A stretch of 64,000 nucleotides of DNA from Octopus vulgaris (GCA_951406725.2 OX597817.1:5642001-5706000), one strand, 5' to 3'; positions 1 to 12,887 are shown, counted from the stretch's first letter. Notes: a model not told the origin generated them from the sequence alone. Numbers and translations: made by a program.

Positions 1-13
1 TAGTAAATGATTG

Positions 14-160
14 GCTTTCACAGTTTCTGCCTATCAATTTCACTTACAAGGGACTGATTGACTCGGAGCTATAGAAGAAGACATTTGCGAACGTACCGCG
101 CAAGAGGGCTGAACTCGAAACCAGATGGCTCCAAATTGAGCTTCTTCACCATACAACCGA
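14..160 (-). mobile_element. Degenerate 5' part of tRNA-derived SINE family C
   Basis: Diverged reverse complement of the head seen at 14250 and 35320. Confidence 0.6.
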
Positions 161-239
161 AGTTATAAATATTTATTTATTAGTTTGGTGCCAAGGAGGA
201 GGATTTGTCCATGTCCTTTCCATGCCCTCAGAGATAAAA

Positions 240-720
240 GCGGTTTATGCCATTAAACTTCCGATTGAAAAGCTACATTTCGAAGACTGCAGGTAATCGT
301 GCACAGGAACAGAACTTTAGAACGACGACGTTCTAAGGAGGAAGGGTTGGCAGGCTTTGGTGGACACATTCTGAGTGACGAGTGGAGGAGAAGATGAATG
401 AGTTTGGATATGTGTATGAAGGAGATAGGAGAGAGAGAGAGAAGGGGGAGATAAATTAATAAGTATGCAGATTTGATCTATTCGCATTAATTACAACTAG
501 CAAATCTACCCATCGACGATGGAGGCATAAATTGAGGGAGGGAAGGCATAGCAGCAGTGTGTATTGAGAAGTGTGTAAATGGACTTGGTAGATTACTGGG
601 TGATGTCTTACAGAAATCACATTATTGTTGCGTTCTATTGCAGCTATATGACATGTGTTTGCAACTAAGTGATACGTGATAACGACTCGCTCCGGAACTG
701 AAATGGGCTCCTAGCCTCTG
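240..720 (-). pseudogene. Highly decayed 3' end of a LINE ORF2 (CR1/Jockey-like)
   Basis: Minus strand near 260-355 reads like the '..NSFFPRT..LWNSLP..VF....FK..' C-terminal motif of these LINEs, with stops and frameshifts. Confidence 0.35.
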
Positions 721-1264
721 TATCCATGAATGGTTATGTTGACCACTCCTAACGAAAGCCGCAGCTTCCTTCGGCCACTACATAAAAAGTATTAAGAGAA
801 AAATGTTATTTAGATATACTTTTATTTTAGGTGTTTACAATATATTTACGCTTGTTTATACTCTAATACATTCAACGTTCTCAAATTTCCTTAGTTAAAT
901 TATGAATCTTATTCTTTTCGATTATATTAATATGATTTCAAAGCTTCTTTCTAGACGATATTTTCTGTTTGGTCGACATTCATTTTTAAATAACTGGAGT
1001 CCGTTGCTCTATTCATAGCGACGTGTGTAAACATCAGAGTGAGTAAAAACCAAACTAAGACTCACCTCTCACTGTTCTATGCGAATAATGTCTGGATGTT
1101 CTGGTACCATGGGTTGCTTTGATTGACAAAACTGAGATGTTTAAAGAACAGCAGCTTCGATTAGCCGTCTCGAATCCTGTTCGAGACCAACAAACTTCAG
1201 AAACCACTAAATAATTACACACACAATATACTGACACACACTTTTTCCATTTTATTTTCGCTAT

Positions 1265-1895
1265 TAATCGTCCTCGTGACCCCCTTCGTATCTACGATGG
1301 GGCTACGAATATACGATGAAAATTCATAGTTTCTCGTGGTCGGTGAATTTTTAATGAAAATGTGAAGGTGGTTTTTCAATTCAAAAATCGGTATCCACGA
1401 AATAATCACACTTCCTGATTTCTTAATGCCAAAAATCTTCCTCGCGACTACCTTTGTAATCCCCGAAAAATATCGTAACCATTGGTCCAGTCGTCTGGCC
1501 GTGAAGAGGGAACAAAGAGACGGACAGACAGACGGACGTAACGCCCATTATAGTAAGGTAGCAAATCTGCCCATTTGCGATGAGAAATAAAGGGATAATA
1601 TCGCAAATCTAAACCCTCTGAATTCACGAACTATACGGGGGTGGGGATAATCCAGAGTTAATCCTCGTCGCCGGAATTTTGATAAAAAAATATCAAAGGG
1701 GATTTATTAATACAAAACTCGATACCCACAAAATAATCATACTTTTTCACATTCTTTTTTCGCTAAAAACCTTCCTGATTACCCTCTTCGTAACCCCGAA
1801 AAACATCGTGACCATTGGTCCAACCGTTTGACCGTGAAAAGGGAACAGAGGGACAGACAGACGGACATAATATCCATTATAGCAAGATTATAGAT
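1265..1895 (-). mobile_element. Two related tandem non-autonomous Helitron/HINE-like ends
   Basis: Diverged direct repeat (~1330-1560 and ~1660-1895), each ending ...accattggtcca...gggaaca...gacagacagacggac...cattatag, a rolling-circle non-autonomous end style. Confidence 0.5.
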
Positions 1896-2441
1896 TCTAT
1901 AGTGTGAAGGTCGGTGTCTTTTTTTAATTTGAAGCCACTCGAAGAAGTTTTGCACTTGCGGTATATGTGTGCGTGGCCGTTGACCCTAGTAGAATGGAAA
2001 GGATAGTTTATGAGGTGATTTATCTAGTGTGTACAGTGAGGAATATCTGGAAGCTGCAAAGCAAAACTTGAACGTTTACAACTGTATCTGATTCAAAATC
2101 AATTAAAAATCACGAACGCCATTTGCTGAAATATTGCTGACGTCTTCAAAATGCTAACGATTCATTCAAATTTATGGTAGAATCGGATGTAATAAATAAC
2201 TCCATCTTTGGTGTGAATTTTCTGACAAGAACGTTGGCTATATATTCAGCACTTTTTAAACCACTAGACTGTAGATAGCAGCAGAGAAACAGAAAGCAAT
2301 GTCCGTAGCACCAAGACAATGTACGACGACGATGGCGGCGGTGGCAGTAACACATCCTAGTCAGATAACTCCAACAAATACACGATGGCGATTAGTGTTA
2401 TATCCGATTCAATAATATGACATACAACCTTCGAATTTAAT

Positions 2442-2662
2442 GGTGGCGTGCTGGCAGAATCGTTAGCACGCCGGGCGAAATGTTTAGCGGTTTTTCGTCT
2501 ACGGTTACGTTCTGAGTTCAAATTCCACCGCGGTCAACTTTGCCTTTCATCCTTTCTGGGTCGATTAAATAAGTACCAGTTTCGCACTGGAGTCGATGTA
2601 ATTGACTGAATGCCTTTGTTTGTCCCCTCTATGTTTAGCCCCTTGTGGGCAGTAAAGAAATA
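2442..2662 (+). mobile_element. SINE family A (tRNA-like head, GCCTTTCATCCTTTCGGGGTCGAT central motif)
   Basis: Near-identical to copies at 4742, 18703 and 48425; flanking cttcgaattt direct repeat (putative TSD). Confidence 0.85.
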
Positions 2663-3305
2663 AATATAATCTTCGAATTTTCTTACTTGTGTAAACATAT
2701 TTTCTTTGTCGTTCGTAGTAACGGTTGCAATTTTTTTTGTTAGCATATAAGAATATTTTTTTTATTTTAAAAACTGAATTTGTGTTGATTCAATTCGTAT
2801 CGACTCGATATTGAATCGTAACGCCAGTCAAGCACACGCAGAAACATCTTATCGCTACTTCCCCTTGGTTGTTCTTCTCACAAAACATCGTAGTTAAGAA
2901 GTGGAGTAAAGAAGGATACTGCAAAATTAGCTGAGGTCGTTTTGGCAAATAACCAAAAAAGATCGACTGCAGTTTCAAAGGCGGGAGACATTGTGGGCTG
3001 TTCAAAGCAATGAGGTTTCCTTCACGCTATGGATTATGATCGTTAAATAGTTGCAGTGTTGAATAAGAACCACGTAGGTTGTTCTGGCGTGTGATTTTTA
3101 TAATCCCTTTAGGTCTTTTTTTTCCAAATTATATGGCATTCTGATTTTTTGTACTTTCAGTAAGAACAGATGCCCTTATATACAAACATATATTATAAAT
3201 GTGTATGATTTTTTTCATATTGGTCGTGGTTGGGGAGTAAGCATTTTTTTGTAAAAACGAAAATTTGTTCCTTTATATTTTTATTTGGTATTTCAATTAG
3301 CACCC

Positions 3306-3340
<35 letters not shown>

Positions 3341-3404
3341 CCTTCTCTCTCCCTCGTTCTCTCTCTCTTAAAAGAACCTCTTCTGTAGAAGTAAAAATAT
3401 TGGT

Positions 3405-3560
3405 TTCAAATTTAGGCACAAGGGCAGAAACTTCTGAGGAGGGGGTTCGTCAACTCAACCGACCCCAGTGCTCCACTGGTACTTGTTTTATAGATCTCGA
3501 AAGGATGAAAGGCGGAATTTGAACTTAGAACGCAAAGACGAACGACGAATCTGCTAGTTT
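3405..3560 (-). mobile_element. Degenerate SINE family A (A2 tail)
   Basis: gaccccagtg...ctggtact...cgaaaggatgaaaggcggaatttgaact matches the reverse complement of family A. Confidence 0.65.
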
Positions 3561-4741
3561 CCTGCCTCTGTTTAAATAAAACTATTACTTTCTGAAAACA
3601 TTAACCAGTATTTGAAAAGAACATAAAGTGACATGAAACATACAAAGTAACAGGTATGTCTCTCGTCCTAGAAAAATCATAAACTACATTTCTGCATTAA
3701 GAAAATTAAATACCGTGCTTCTTTCACCACATGGTATAAAAATGCATTAAAGAGCATACTTTAAACTTTGAGGGGCTATGTTCAGCGTAAACGGGTTAGT
3801 TAAATGTGATTTTCATTTTCCTGTAAAACTTATTTGGTTAAAATATGCACCAAAGTATATTCAGAAAAACTTTTTTAAATGAAAACTTTCCAGTAAAATT
3901 TGATTTCTATATTTTGTGTAAAACTCACTCTATGAAAGTATACACTAATGTTTTTACAGTAAAAGTTTTATTCGAACAGGTAATTTTTTATCTATCTATC
4001 TATCTATCTGTCTATCTGTCTGGCTGTCTGTCTGTATATCTATCTATATATCTATCTATATATCTATCTATATATCTATATATCTATATATCTATCTATA
4101 TATCTATATCTCTCTCTCTCTATATATATATACATGTTGTAGAAGATTTTACCTTTTACGTTCAAAAATAAAACTTATCTTATTCATATATATATATATG
4201 AAGAGAAGAGATGACAAAGCCATAAACGGTTATCTGATGGTCTTCATTAGCTTACAGTTGTTTCCCTTATATGATGCGGTCTGTTCATAGTTGAGTGCCC
4301 GAATAACACCTTATGAAGTTCGTAGGATAATCGTTTATTCTTTTGTCATCACTTATCTTATTTCCACTCAGCACTCGACTAACGCTCCGCTCAGAAGGAT
4401 ACGTATATTGAGTTCTACACTCGGTTATTATTATTGTTATGCATAAACGAAATGCATATATTTATATATACAAATTCCTTCTAAGAATTAGTTTTCGAAG
4501 TATATATAAAGTTCTAAATAATAGTATGGAAATAATATCGAGCTGGAAAAAACCTTGTAGAAAAGTAGAAGTCTGCCTTAAATATTTTACGCACACACAC
4601 TTATATATATATGTATGTGCGTGCGCGCTTGTCCCATCACTGCTTGACAATTAGTGTTGGTTTGTTTACGTCTTCGTAACATAACTGTTCTACTAAACCT
4701 AATGAAGGGCAAGAAACCGATAAGAAAATGTTGAATGCAAA

Positions 4742-5154
4742 GCGGCGAGCTGGCAGAAACGTTAGCACGCCGGGCGAAATGCGTAGCCGTATTTCGTCTG
4801 ACTTTACGTTCTGAGTTCAAATTCCGCCGAGGTCGACTTTGCCTTTCACCCCTTCGGGGTCGATAAATTAAGTACCAGTTACGCACTGGGGTCGATATAA
4901 GCAACTTAATCCGTTTGTCTGGCCTTGTTTGTCCTCTCTGTGTTTAGCCCCTTGTGGGTAGTAAAGAAATAGGTATTTCGTCTGCCGTTACGTTCTGAGT
5001 TCAAATTCGCCGAGGTTGACTTTGCCTTTCATCCTTTCGGGGTTAATTAAATAAGTACCAGTTACGCACTGGGGTCGATATAATCGACTTAATCCATTTG
5101 TCTGTCCTTGTTTGTCTCCTCTATGTTTAGCCCCTTGTGGGCAATAAAGAAATA
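4742..5154 (+). mobile_element. SINE family A with one internal tandem duplication
   Basis: Head plus two body units; atgttgaatgc on both sides (putative TSD). Confidence 0.85.
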
Positions 5155-6542
5155 AGATGTTGAATGCGAACCGTGTGTGTATGTGTTTGTGTGCGTGTGT
5201 ATGTATATGTCTGTGTGTGTGTGTGTGTGAGTGTGTACAGTCATCCAAGTGCCGAAGCAACTTGAGGAATCCCCCAATCTACTTATTCCTAGTCATTCTT
5301 CCAACTTCAGTACTTTATTATTTCACTATATTTTGATCTATAATTTTGTGTGCAGTTATCTTTGATCATGCAATGTGATCTTACAGCGTTTGTATGCATG
5401 TGTGTGTGTGTGCGTGTGTGTGTGTGCAATTATGTTGTATGGTTATGCGCAGGTGCAACTTCAATTTAATGAGACATGCTGTTTAAGGTAACCTTAGACT
5501 GCATGTCATACGTGTTTGTCAAGAAACGAGAAGTATAGAAACAAGACAATCAATTCTACCTTATGAAATAGTAGGATAAGGGAAAGAATAATTTGTGAGA
5601 CGAGATGTATTGATATAGGGAGCGAGAGGGGGAAGAGAGAGTCTGTGTGTGAAAGAGAAATAATGGTGTGACCTAGTAAGAAGAGAAAGACCGACAGAGA
5701 GAGAAAGAGACTGAGAGAAACCGGGGAAATAAAGACACGCACACATCTACATACACTCAAACACAAACATACACTCTCCCTCTATGTCTCTCTTTCTCTC
5801 CCCTCTCTCCCTCTCTTTCTTTCTTTCTTCCTCTGTCTCTCTCTTTCTCTCTTCCTTTCTGTCAACACAACACAATCTATTAGAAAGCTTGAGGTGACGG
5901 TTAGCCAAAGAGATGACCTACAGATATGACTGTTAATGAAAGACGGACAGAAATATTGTGATTGCATAATAAATAGTGTGTGTATGTGAGTGTGTGCGAG
6001 AGAGAGAGAGCGTGTATTTCTTCGCGCGGGAAACAGTGAGATTCTATGAGTCAAAGAGTATGTATGTAGGTCTTGAGGCGAGGAAATAATTAAGTTTTCG
6101 GCACTTGTCATGCAAGAGTTCGTTTCATTTTTAAGCCGTGTCCATCCGTTTGCATCTATGGTGTTGCGTCTGTGTGCTTTTGGATGTCAATGTTCCATTC
6201 AGTGTGTTTTTGTGAAAGTCACTTTGTCATCCGACGAAAGTGCTCCTGATTCTCAGTGCGCGTGCAAATGTGCCGCTCTGTGAATGAGCAAGGATGTTGA
6301 GGCACTGCAATTCGAGAGTTTGTTATTGAGGAGGTGCACTGGGTATACAACTCGGATTTGTTCCTCGACTGCACCGAGACCAGATTCTGTTACAGTACAA
6401 GGTGGAAATCGGTAATAAGATATTACTTACGCATGCATCACACACATATGCACATATATATTTATTCATAAAACCCGTGTAATTGATATATAAGCAGAGC
6501 AATATATATGTCTGTACACATGTCCATGTGTGTGTGTGTGTA

Positions 6543-6833
6543 TCTGTATTATATTAAAACCGAACTTCAGATTTTGCTTGCTTGCAATACTACACAGCCA
6601 AACTGGCGCTTAATGGGAAAATACTATGAATTAAGTGCCCCTGAAATGTGAATACAAACAGAATAAAACACGTTTCGCGTAAATCGGATGTTTCTTGAAA
6701 TATTGGGGGTTTGGGGGACAGAAATATCCAAAACGGTGTATAATAGGGAAAATACTCCGAAAATAATTTTCCCATGAAAGGGAAGAAACTCTAACCTTTC
6801 GGTTAGACACAATATGTTGGGCAAAGTCTTAGT
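6543..6833 (+). mobile_element. Possible short non-autonomous Helitron
   Basis: Starts a|TCTGTATTATATTAAAA and ends gggcaaagtcttag|t (degenerate CTAG). Confidence 0.35.
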
Positions 6834-7151
6834 GACTTGTCAATGAAAAAAACACGAGTTGTTTTTTACAGTGAATGTTTGTATTTTCACTTTTGTTAGA
6901 CTCAATGTTTTAATCATTTACAAATATTTTTAAGTGAATGTGATTTCAAAAATGTAAGTTGTTTGCACAGTAAGTTTTTATATTTTAGCTTCCTTTAAAC
7001 TGAAAATATTTGAATTTTTAAAAAAAAAAATATTTTCAAGTGAATACCATTATAATTCTTTTTTTTTTTGGCATACATAAAAAATATTTTAAAGTGATAA
7101 TAACTTTAGAAATACGTATGTATGTGTGTGTGTGTATATATATATGCATAT

Positions 7152-7340
7152 CGCCATGTTGATTCGCTAGCTTCTGCACGCATTTTTTTCTCTCCTTGTT
7201 TCTCTCCGTGTTTCTTTTCTGTGTATCTTTCTGTTGAAGAGCGTAGGCTCGAAACGTAACAGACTTGTTTTATTTATATTCCTGAGCGCCATACTAATAC
7301 AATTGTTTGTTTGTATTCCACATGCCTTCGTCTTTTGTTT
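7152..7340 (+). mobile_element. (TA)n-anchored short element with hammerhead-like motif (family H)
   Basis: cttt-CTGTTGA-A-GAGC gtag GCTC-GAAA-CGTA at 7227-7258; 3' end runs into (TA)n; homologues at 7601, 12672 and 41392. Confidence 0.7.
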
Positions 7341-7358
7341 ATTTTCATAAAGCTTCCG

Positions 7359-7429
<71 letters not shown>

Positions 7430-7444
7430 ATATATATATGCATA

Positions 7445-7518
<74 letters not shown>

Positions 7519-7569
7519 ATATATATATATGCATATATTTATATATATATATATGCATGTATTTATTTA

Positions 7570-7600
<31 letters not shown>
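7341..7600. repeat. (TA)n microsatellite
   Basis: Direct reading. Confidence 0.95.
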
Positions 7601-7601
<1 letters not shown>

Positions 7602-7788
7602 GGGAGAGTTTACGAAAAAATCAACAAAAGACGAAGACAGGTGGTGTACAAAACAAACAGATGCATTAGTATAACGCTCAGGAATAGAAAAAGTCTTTTA
7701 TGTTTCGAGCCTACGCTCTTCTCCAGAAAGGAACACAGAAAACAAGGAGACAAAAAATGTGTGTAGTGGCTAACGATCTATCATGGCG

Positions 7789-7790
<2 letters not shown>
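7601..7790 (-). mobile_element. Family H copy, inverted relative to the 7152 copy
   Basis: Minus strand cttt-CTGGAGA-A-GAGC gtag GCTC-GAAA-CATA-aaag (7730-7695); (TA)n on both sides. Confidence 0.7.
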
Positions 7791-7827
<37 letters not shown>

Positions 7828-8169
7828 GATGGATGGATTTGGTGCTATGCTAAGAAGCCATGCACAGTATCAGACTTTTCGACTCGAGTTAATATAGTAC
7901 TCCAAATCATTGTCATAATGTCGACTTAATTGGAGTCTAAACCTGCTAGTTCCGGCATTGAGTCGTATAATTTGTAATAATGAAGTTTCACTGAATAGTG
8001 AAAATTTGAAATCATTTAATACGTACGTTTCAAGTTTGCGTAACATACAACTGATAATGCATCCATTGCCTTAAATGAAGAAGATTTACATAATGTATGC
8101 GTTTTCTATTATGTTTTACACAAATCTGAACCGTACATATGGATGTGTACGTATGTATATATGTGTATT

Positions 8170-8391
8170 TACAAGAGGATACTGAAAAGTTCCTCGCTTT
8201 GGATAAAAGAAAATACAGGAGGATCATTTAATTATGATTTTATTCAAGATATTCCTCTCTCGGATTCACACACTTATTGCAGCGGTCTTTCAGTTTTTCT
8301 AAGCCCTGTAAAAGAACTCGGAAGTTTGGGCCTCCAACCAAGCCTTTCACGACACCAATAAAACCAGGAACTTTTCAACACCCTTTTGTTA
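8170..8391. mobile_element. Mariner-derived MITE
   Basis: Imperfect TIRs tacaagaggatactgaaaagttcct / aggaacttttcaacacccttttgtta, TA-flanked. Confidence 0.7.
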
Positions 8392-8869
8392 TCTGTTTAT
8401 AGAAAAGGCAGAATATGTGTGTATGTGTACGTGAATGTAATTCATGTACGTCCATAAATTTGCATACATGTCGCTCCTATTTTAGGAGGACATTCCTCAT
8501 GACCCTAGCAGTAGTTTCGTCAACTCATTTTTACCAGAGGCATTAGCGAATAGAAGTAAAAATAAATTTTCAACCAAAACTTATCAAAACTTTTAACAAT
8601 TTTCAAGTCGGAGAAATCACCATTGTTTACAAACAAGAGTTAATTCCCCTTCTAGAGACGAGTAAGTTTCTATTAAGACTTTTGTTGTTATTTTTCCATC
8701 GAGGAAAAAGTGTTTTGTTGATATATGGGCAACACACACACACACATATACACACGTACATACGCGCGCGAACATGTATGCGTACAAAAAACATGTATGC
8801 AATAGGTATACGTACGTGCGTGTGTGTATGTGAGTGTGTGTAGCCCGTATATATATATATATGTATATA

Positions 8870-9435
8870 TACTTAAGACTTAGTTCTGATCTGAACATAA
8901 CCGCTTCTGACACAGAATCGGGAGTCTTTTGGGGCATTCTATTTTCCTTGCTCGAAGGGTTCCCAATCCATGGGCAAATGGGGGGGGGGGTAGATGATAG
9001 TGGTGGTGTTTTCAAAGGGCTGGCATGTGCAACCTGTTCACCTCTGCCGGTCGAACTCCCAACCCATGCGCTCCCGTCGCGGCATTGATTCTGCAGAACT
9101 GGGTTGGGTGTGAATACCAACTTTAAAGTATAAATATAGATGTTTTTGAATCAGCTATATTGTGTTCGGTTAAGTCCTATTTGGGTTGAAAAATCAATAA
9201 ACTGATTCCTTATGGGGTTTTCCATTTAATCAGGATAAAAAAAAATCGATAAACCGATTCCTTGTGGGATTACCCAATCATGTTGACTGCAACTCATTTT
9301 CAGCCACAGGTTTACCAATTTTAACGGATTTCGCCCAAATTTGACGTCGATGTTACTTAGTTTGGTTTGAAATAAAGAACTTGATTAGCTTGATAATCCT
9401 AACTTAATCCCGGGCAAAGCCACGCTATACTGCTA

Positions 9436-9436
<1 letters not shown>
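8870..9436 (+). mobile_element. Non-autonomous Helitron-like element
   Basis: 3' end ccgggcaaagccacgctatactgCTAG resembles the Helitron ends at 46140 and 61951; 5' boundary uncertain. Confidence 0.5.
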
Positions 9437-9501
<65 letters not shown>

Positions 9502-11974
9502 GTGTGTGTGTGTGAAAGCTTTATATACCTCTGACTAAATGACGTCGTCGATTCATCCTGGTATTTGCTTGCAGTTTTCGATTGAAAAAGTGCAGTGCTC
9601 ACGTGAGTGGCCTGCTGGAGGGAAGACCAAGAACATTAGTCCTGATATTAAACTAAAACACACACAAAAAAACCAACATTAATAAGAATAACTTAACATG
9701 TATACACACAATTGCTTAGATAATGCCCCACTAATATTTCATTTCAGACTCATTGAAGCAGAAATGTCATCACACTTATGCAGTATGTTTGAGCTGTCTT
9801 TTTTCTCTCTCTGCTACACTTCTGCACAACTATATATCATATTGCATGGAGTTAATTTGCACTAGATTCTGCATTTTCTCTGCAAGAATTCACTTTCTAG
9901 TATATGTATGTGTATGGTTGTGGCGTTAATTGTCGGTCTAGATATCTTTTGAACTGAAATGTCAATCTATTCTTGTGTGGAGAAATTAAACTGCGTCGAG
10001 TCAGCGAGTGAGCCTCTCCATAGGGGATTACTGAGCTAGAAATAGCAGCTAAACCTTACTCAATTCACGTCGTACCATCATGGATACATTGGATAATGTT
10101 GTTTTAAATACACATAAAAATAAATCAGGATGGTTGCGATAGGGCTACTGGATTAGAACTCATCTGAAGTAGCGAAACAACTCATGTGCTTGACTATTAA
10201 ACCGTGTTTATTCGAGAAAGTTGCACTATGAACGGAATTTGCATATCTGGGAATCTGCATATCTTTACTTTTTTATCAACTTTATGTGTGTTTTTGCGCA
10301 CGCGTTTTCATTTTGCATGGTGTGAAAGGGTGGGGTGCATCCGTCAGTTCTCAGGTACGAGTAGCAGCAGATAAACACAAACAAACAAACAAACAAACAC
10401 ATCATCGCGCACACGTAAATGTGTGTAGCTCAGCATTTTTCGTACAAAGTATGAGAATATTCAAATACCTTATAAATACACACACAGAGATATGTTTATA
10501 CATACATATATATATATAATGTACCCCACTGGCTGTTTATGTACTGTGTGTAAACAGCGCCTGCATACATGTATGTGTGTATGTGTCACAAACTGAAATG
10601 TATTGTATGTGCCCGTGAGTGGCAACGAAGCTGCATTCTGTTGCACCAAGGAAATAATCCTTAGAGGATTCATTGTAAAATGTCAGTGTGCAATCGAATT
10701 TGTTTGTGTCTCTCCATCTGCATGTGTATGGTCGGTCAGCTGAAGTTATGTGTATAGCTGTTCAAATGAAGTGTCGTGTGCGTTCAGCTTTATTTGTGTG
10801 TATGTATGTGTGTGCGTGTGTGTGGCAGAGAGTTCCATTGTAGCTCTTTGCATGTGCGTGTGTTTGTTCAGTTTGCAATTATTGCATTGCAGTTGCGTAT
10901 TCATTTGCAATTGTGTCCATGTTTAGTTGCAGTTGTGCATCCTCAATTATCGTTGTGTGTTCAGTATCACTTGTGCATGCGCGGACGCCTGTGTGCGTGT
11001 ATGTGCGTGTTTGTGATGTAGTTACGTGTGTGGATGTTCAGCAGCAGCTTATAACTGCAGCTGCACATAACTGCAGTTGTGCGTTGATCTGCCGTTATGT
11101 GTTCGTGTGTTGAGTTGCAGTTTTGTGTGCATATTTTCAAGTGCGTGCATGTGTTCAGTTGCTATTCAGCAGGACTCTACGCGCATTTAACAGCATTTCT
11201 ATAAGTCTTTGTGGTTTCGCGTGTGTTTGTATTAAATTAACTTTGAACGAATGTACCACCGGGTTTCAGTATTACATATACATGTATCCAATCTATGAGT
11301 TATATTTTTATGCGCATATGTGGGTGTATGCATGTGAAGTTACGTACAACAATGTATCATGCCTGCCTATGCAACTGCATATGTTCAGTTTTAAGGTGCC
11401 TGCCTGCATTTGATAGCGTTGTTAGCTAGTTGCATCTTAGCTTGCAATTTGATACTCTGACGATACGCTTATCACAGATTACTGGACTGATAGAGGTTTG
11501 CAATCGAGCAAGCATAAATATGTAGGTATATATACATTTGGATCATAGTATACTACTGTTGGTAGCATACAGAACATATAACATACTCAAAAGTAGGTTT
11601 ACAGTTAATCAACTATCTCTTTCTCATTCATATAGAAAGAGTTTAGATCTTAATTGTAAAAAAATGTGGAACCATTATTCTATGCTAATTTAGTTAATTT
11701 TGTCAAGTTCCCTTTTCAGTTTGTAAGATAGAAATTTAAATTTTAAAAATGTTTTAAAAGAAATTTAAAGTGCCTGGGTGATAACTCTGAACTTACTTTT
11801 TGGCTACACTGTAGTTTGTGTTTATACGTGTACGAATGTTTTTAAAGAAATAAGTATATACACAAATGCATATGTAAATATACATATGTCTGGAAAAAAG
11901 CAAAAAATGCCAAAAATAAAGTACGAGACTAAACTAAGTTCTCTCTCTCTCTCTCTTTCTCGCTCTCCATTTTC

Positions 11975-12015
<41 letters not shown>

Positions 12016-12168
12016 ACTTATAAGTAAGGGCTAAAGAAAATTATTTCAAAGCCAATATGCTGATAACAAACTATTAAATCGTCAATTTCCACATATAATC
12101 CACTCGCTACAAAAATCGAAGAACTGAAGTCGGGCAAGCTGGCCGTTAGAATCTTTAAAATTCGTTAT

Positions 12169-12228
12169 CTCTATATTGAATCAATTTCGGAATTAATCTC
12201 ATAAAAGACTTATTCCTCTTCAGTAGAG
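12169..12228 (-). ncRNA. Type I hammerhead ribozyme (mirror copy)
   Basis: Exact reverse complement of 12351-12410. Confidence 0.8.
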
Positions 12229-12350
12229 CTTACGAGAGAATATAAATAAGATACGTACATATATACTGGGGTACTTAAATGTACTCATGTTTTTTGCTTT
12301 GGCTTTTTCCATGGGCGCATGTAAGTATCTTATTTATATTCTCTCGTAAG

Positions 12351-12410
12351 CTCTACTGAAGAGGAATAAGTCTTTTATGAGATTAATTCCGAAATTGATT
12401 CAATATAGAG
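12351..12410 (+). ncRNA. Type I hammerhead ribozyme
   Basis: Stem I CTCTA/TAGAG; core CTGAAGA; stem II GGAAT..ATTCC; GAAA; stem III ATTG(att)CAAT; NUH = AUA, predicted cleavage after 12405. Confidence 0.82.
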
Positions 12411-12671
12411 ATAACGAATTTTAAAGATTCTAACGGCCAGCTTGCCCGACTTCAGTTCTTCGATTTTTGTAGCGAGTGGATTATATGTGGAAATTGACGA
12501 TTTAATAGTTTGTTATCAGCATATTGGCTTTGAAATAATTTTCTTTAGCCCTTACTTATAAGTTGTTTATAATTTTAACCGTAAAGGTATTTTAATATGC
12601 TGCCACATTTCTTGATGGAATTTTGTTCTGTAGAGAAAAAACTTCATCCTATATTAGTATATATATATTAT

Positions 12672-12846
12672 ATCGCTAGCCTCTAAGCCTTTTTTATTTT
12701 CTCTCTCCGCTTATTCCTGTGTTCCTTTGTGTTGAAGAGGGTAGGCTCGAAACGTAAAAGACTTTCTTACTTCCCGCGCGTTAAATTAGTACATCTGTTT
12801 GTTGTTTACATATCCTTCTTCTTTTTTTCTTTCTTTTGTAAATTCC

Positions 12847-12850
<4 letters not shown>
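12672..12850 (+). mobile_element. Family H copy with degenerate hammerhead-like motif
   Basis: cttt-GTGTTGA-A-GAGG gtag GCTC-GAAA-CGTA-aaag at 12725-12760; ends in (TA)n. Confidence 0.65.

Positions 12851-12887
<37 letters not shown>

Larger units (their letters stand above)
12013..12566. repeat. Perfect inverted repeat, 242-bp arms (12013-12254 / 12325-12566); Penelope-like pseudo-LTR palindrome
   Basis: Arms read as exact reverse complements; left arm abuts (TA)n; right arm continues about 90 bp to TATATA at ~12658. Confidence 0.92.
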
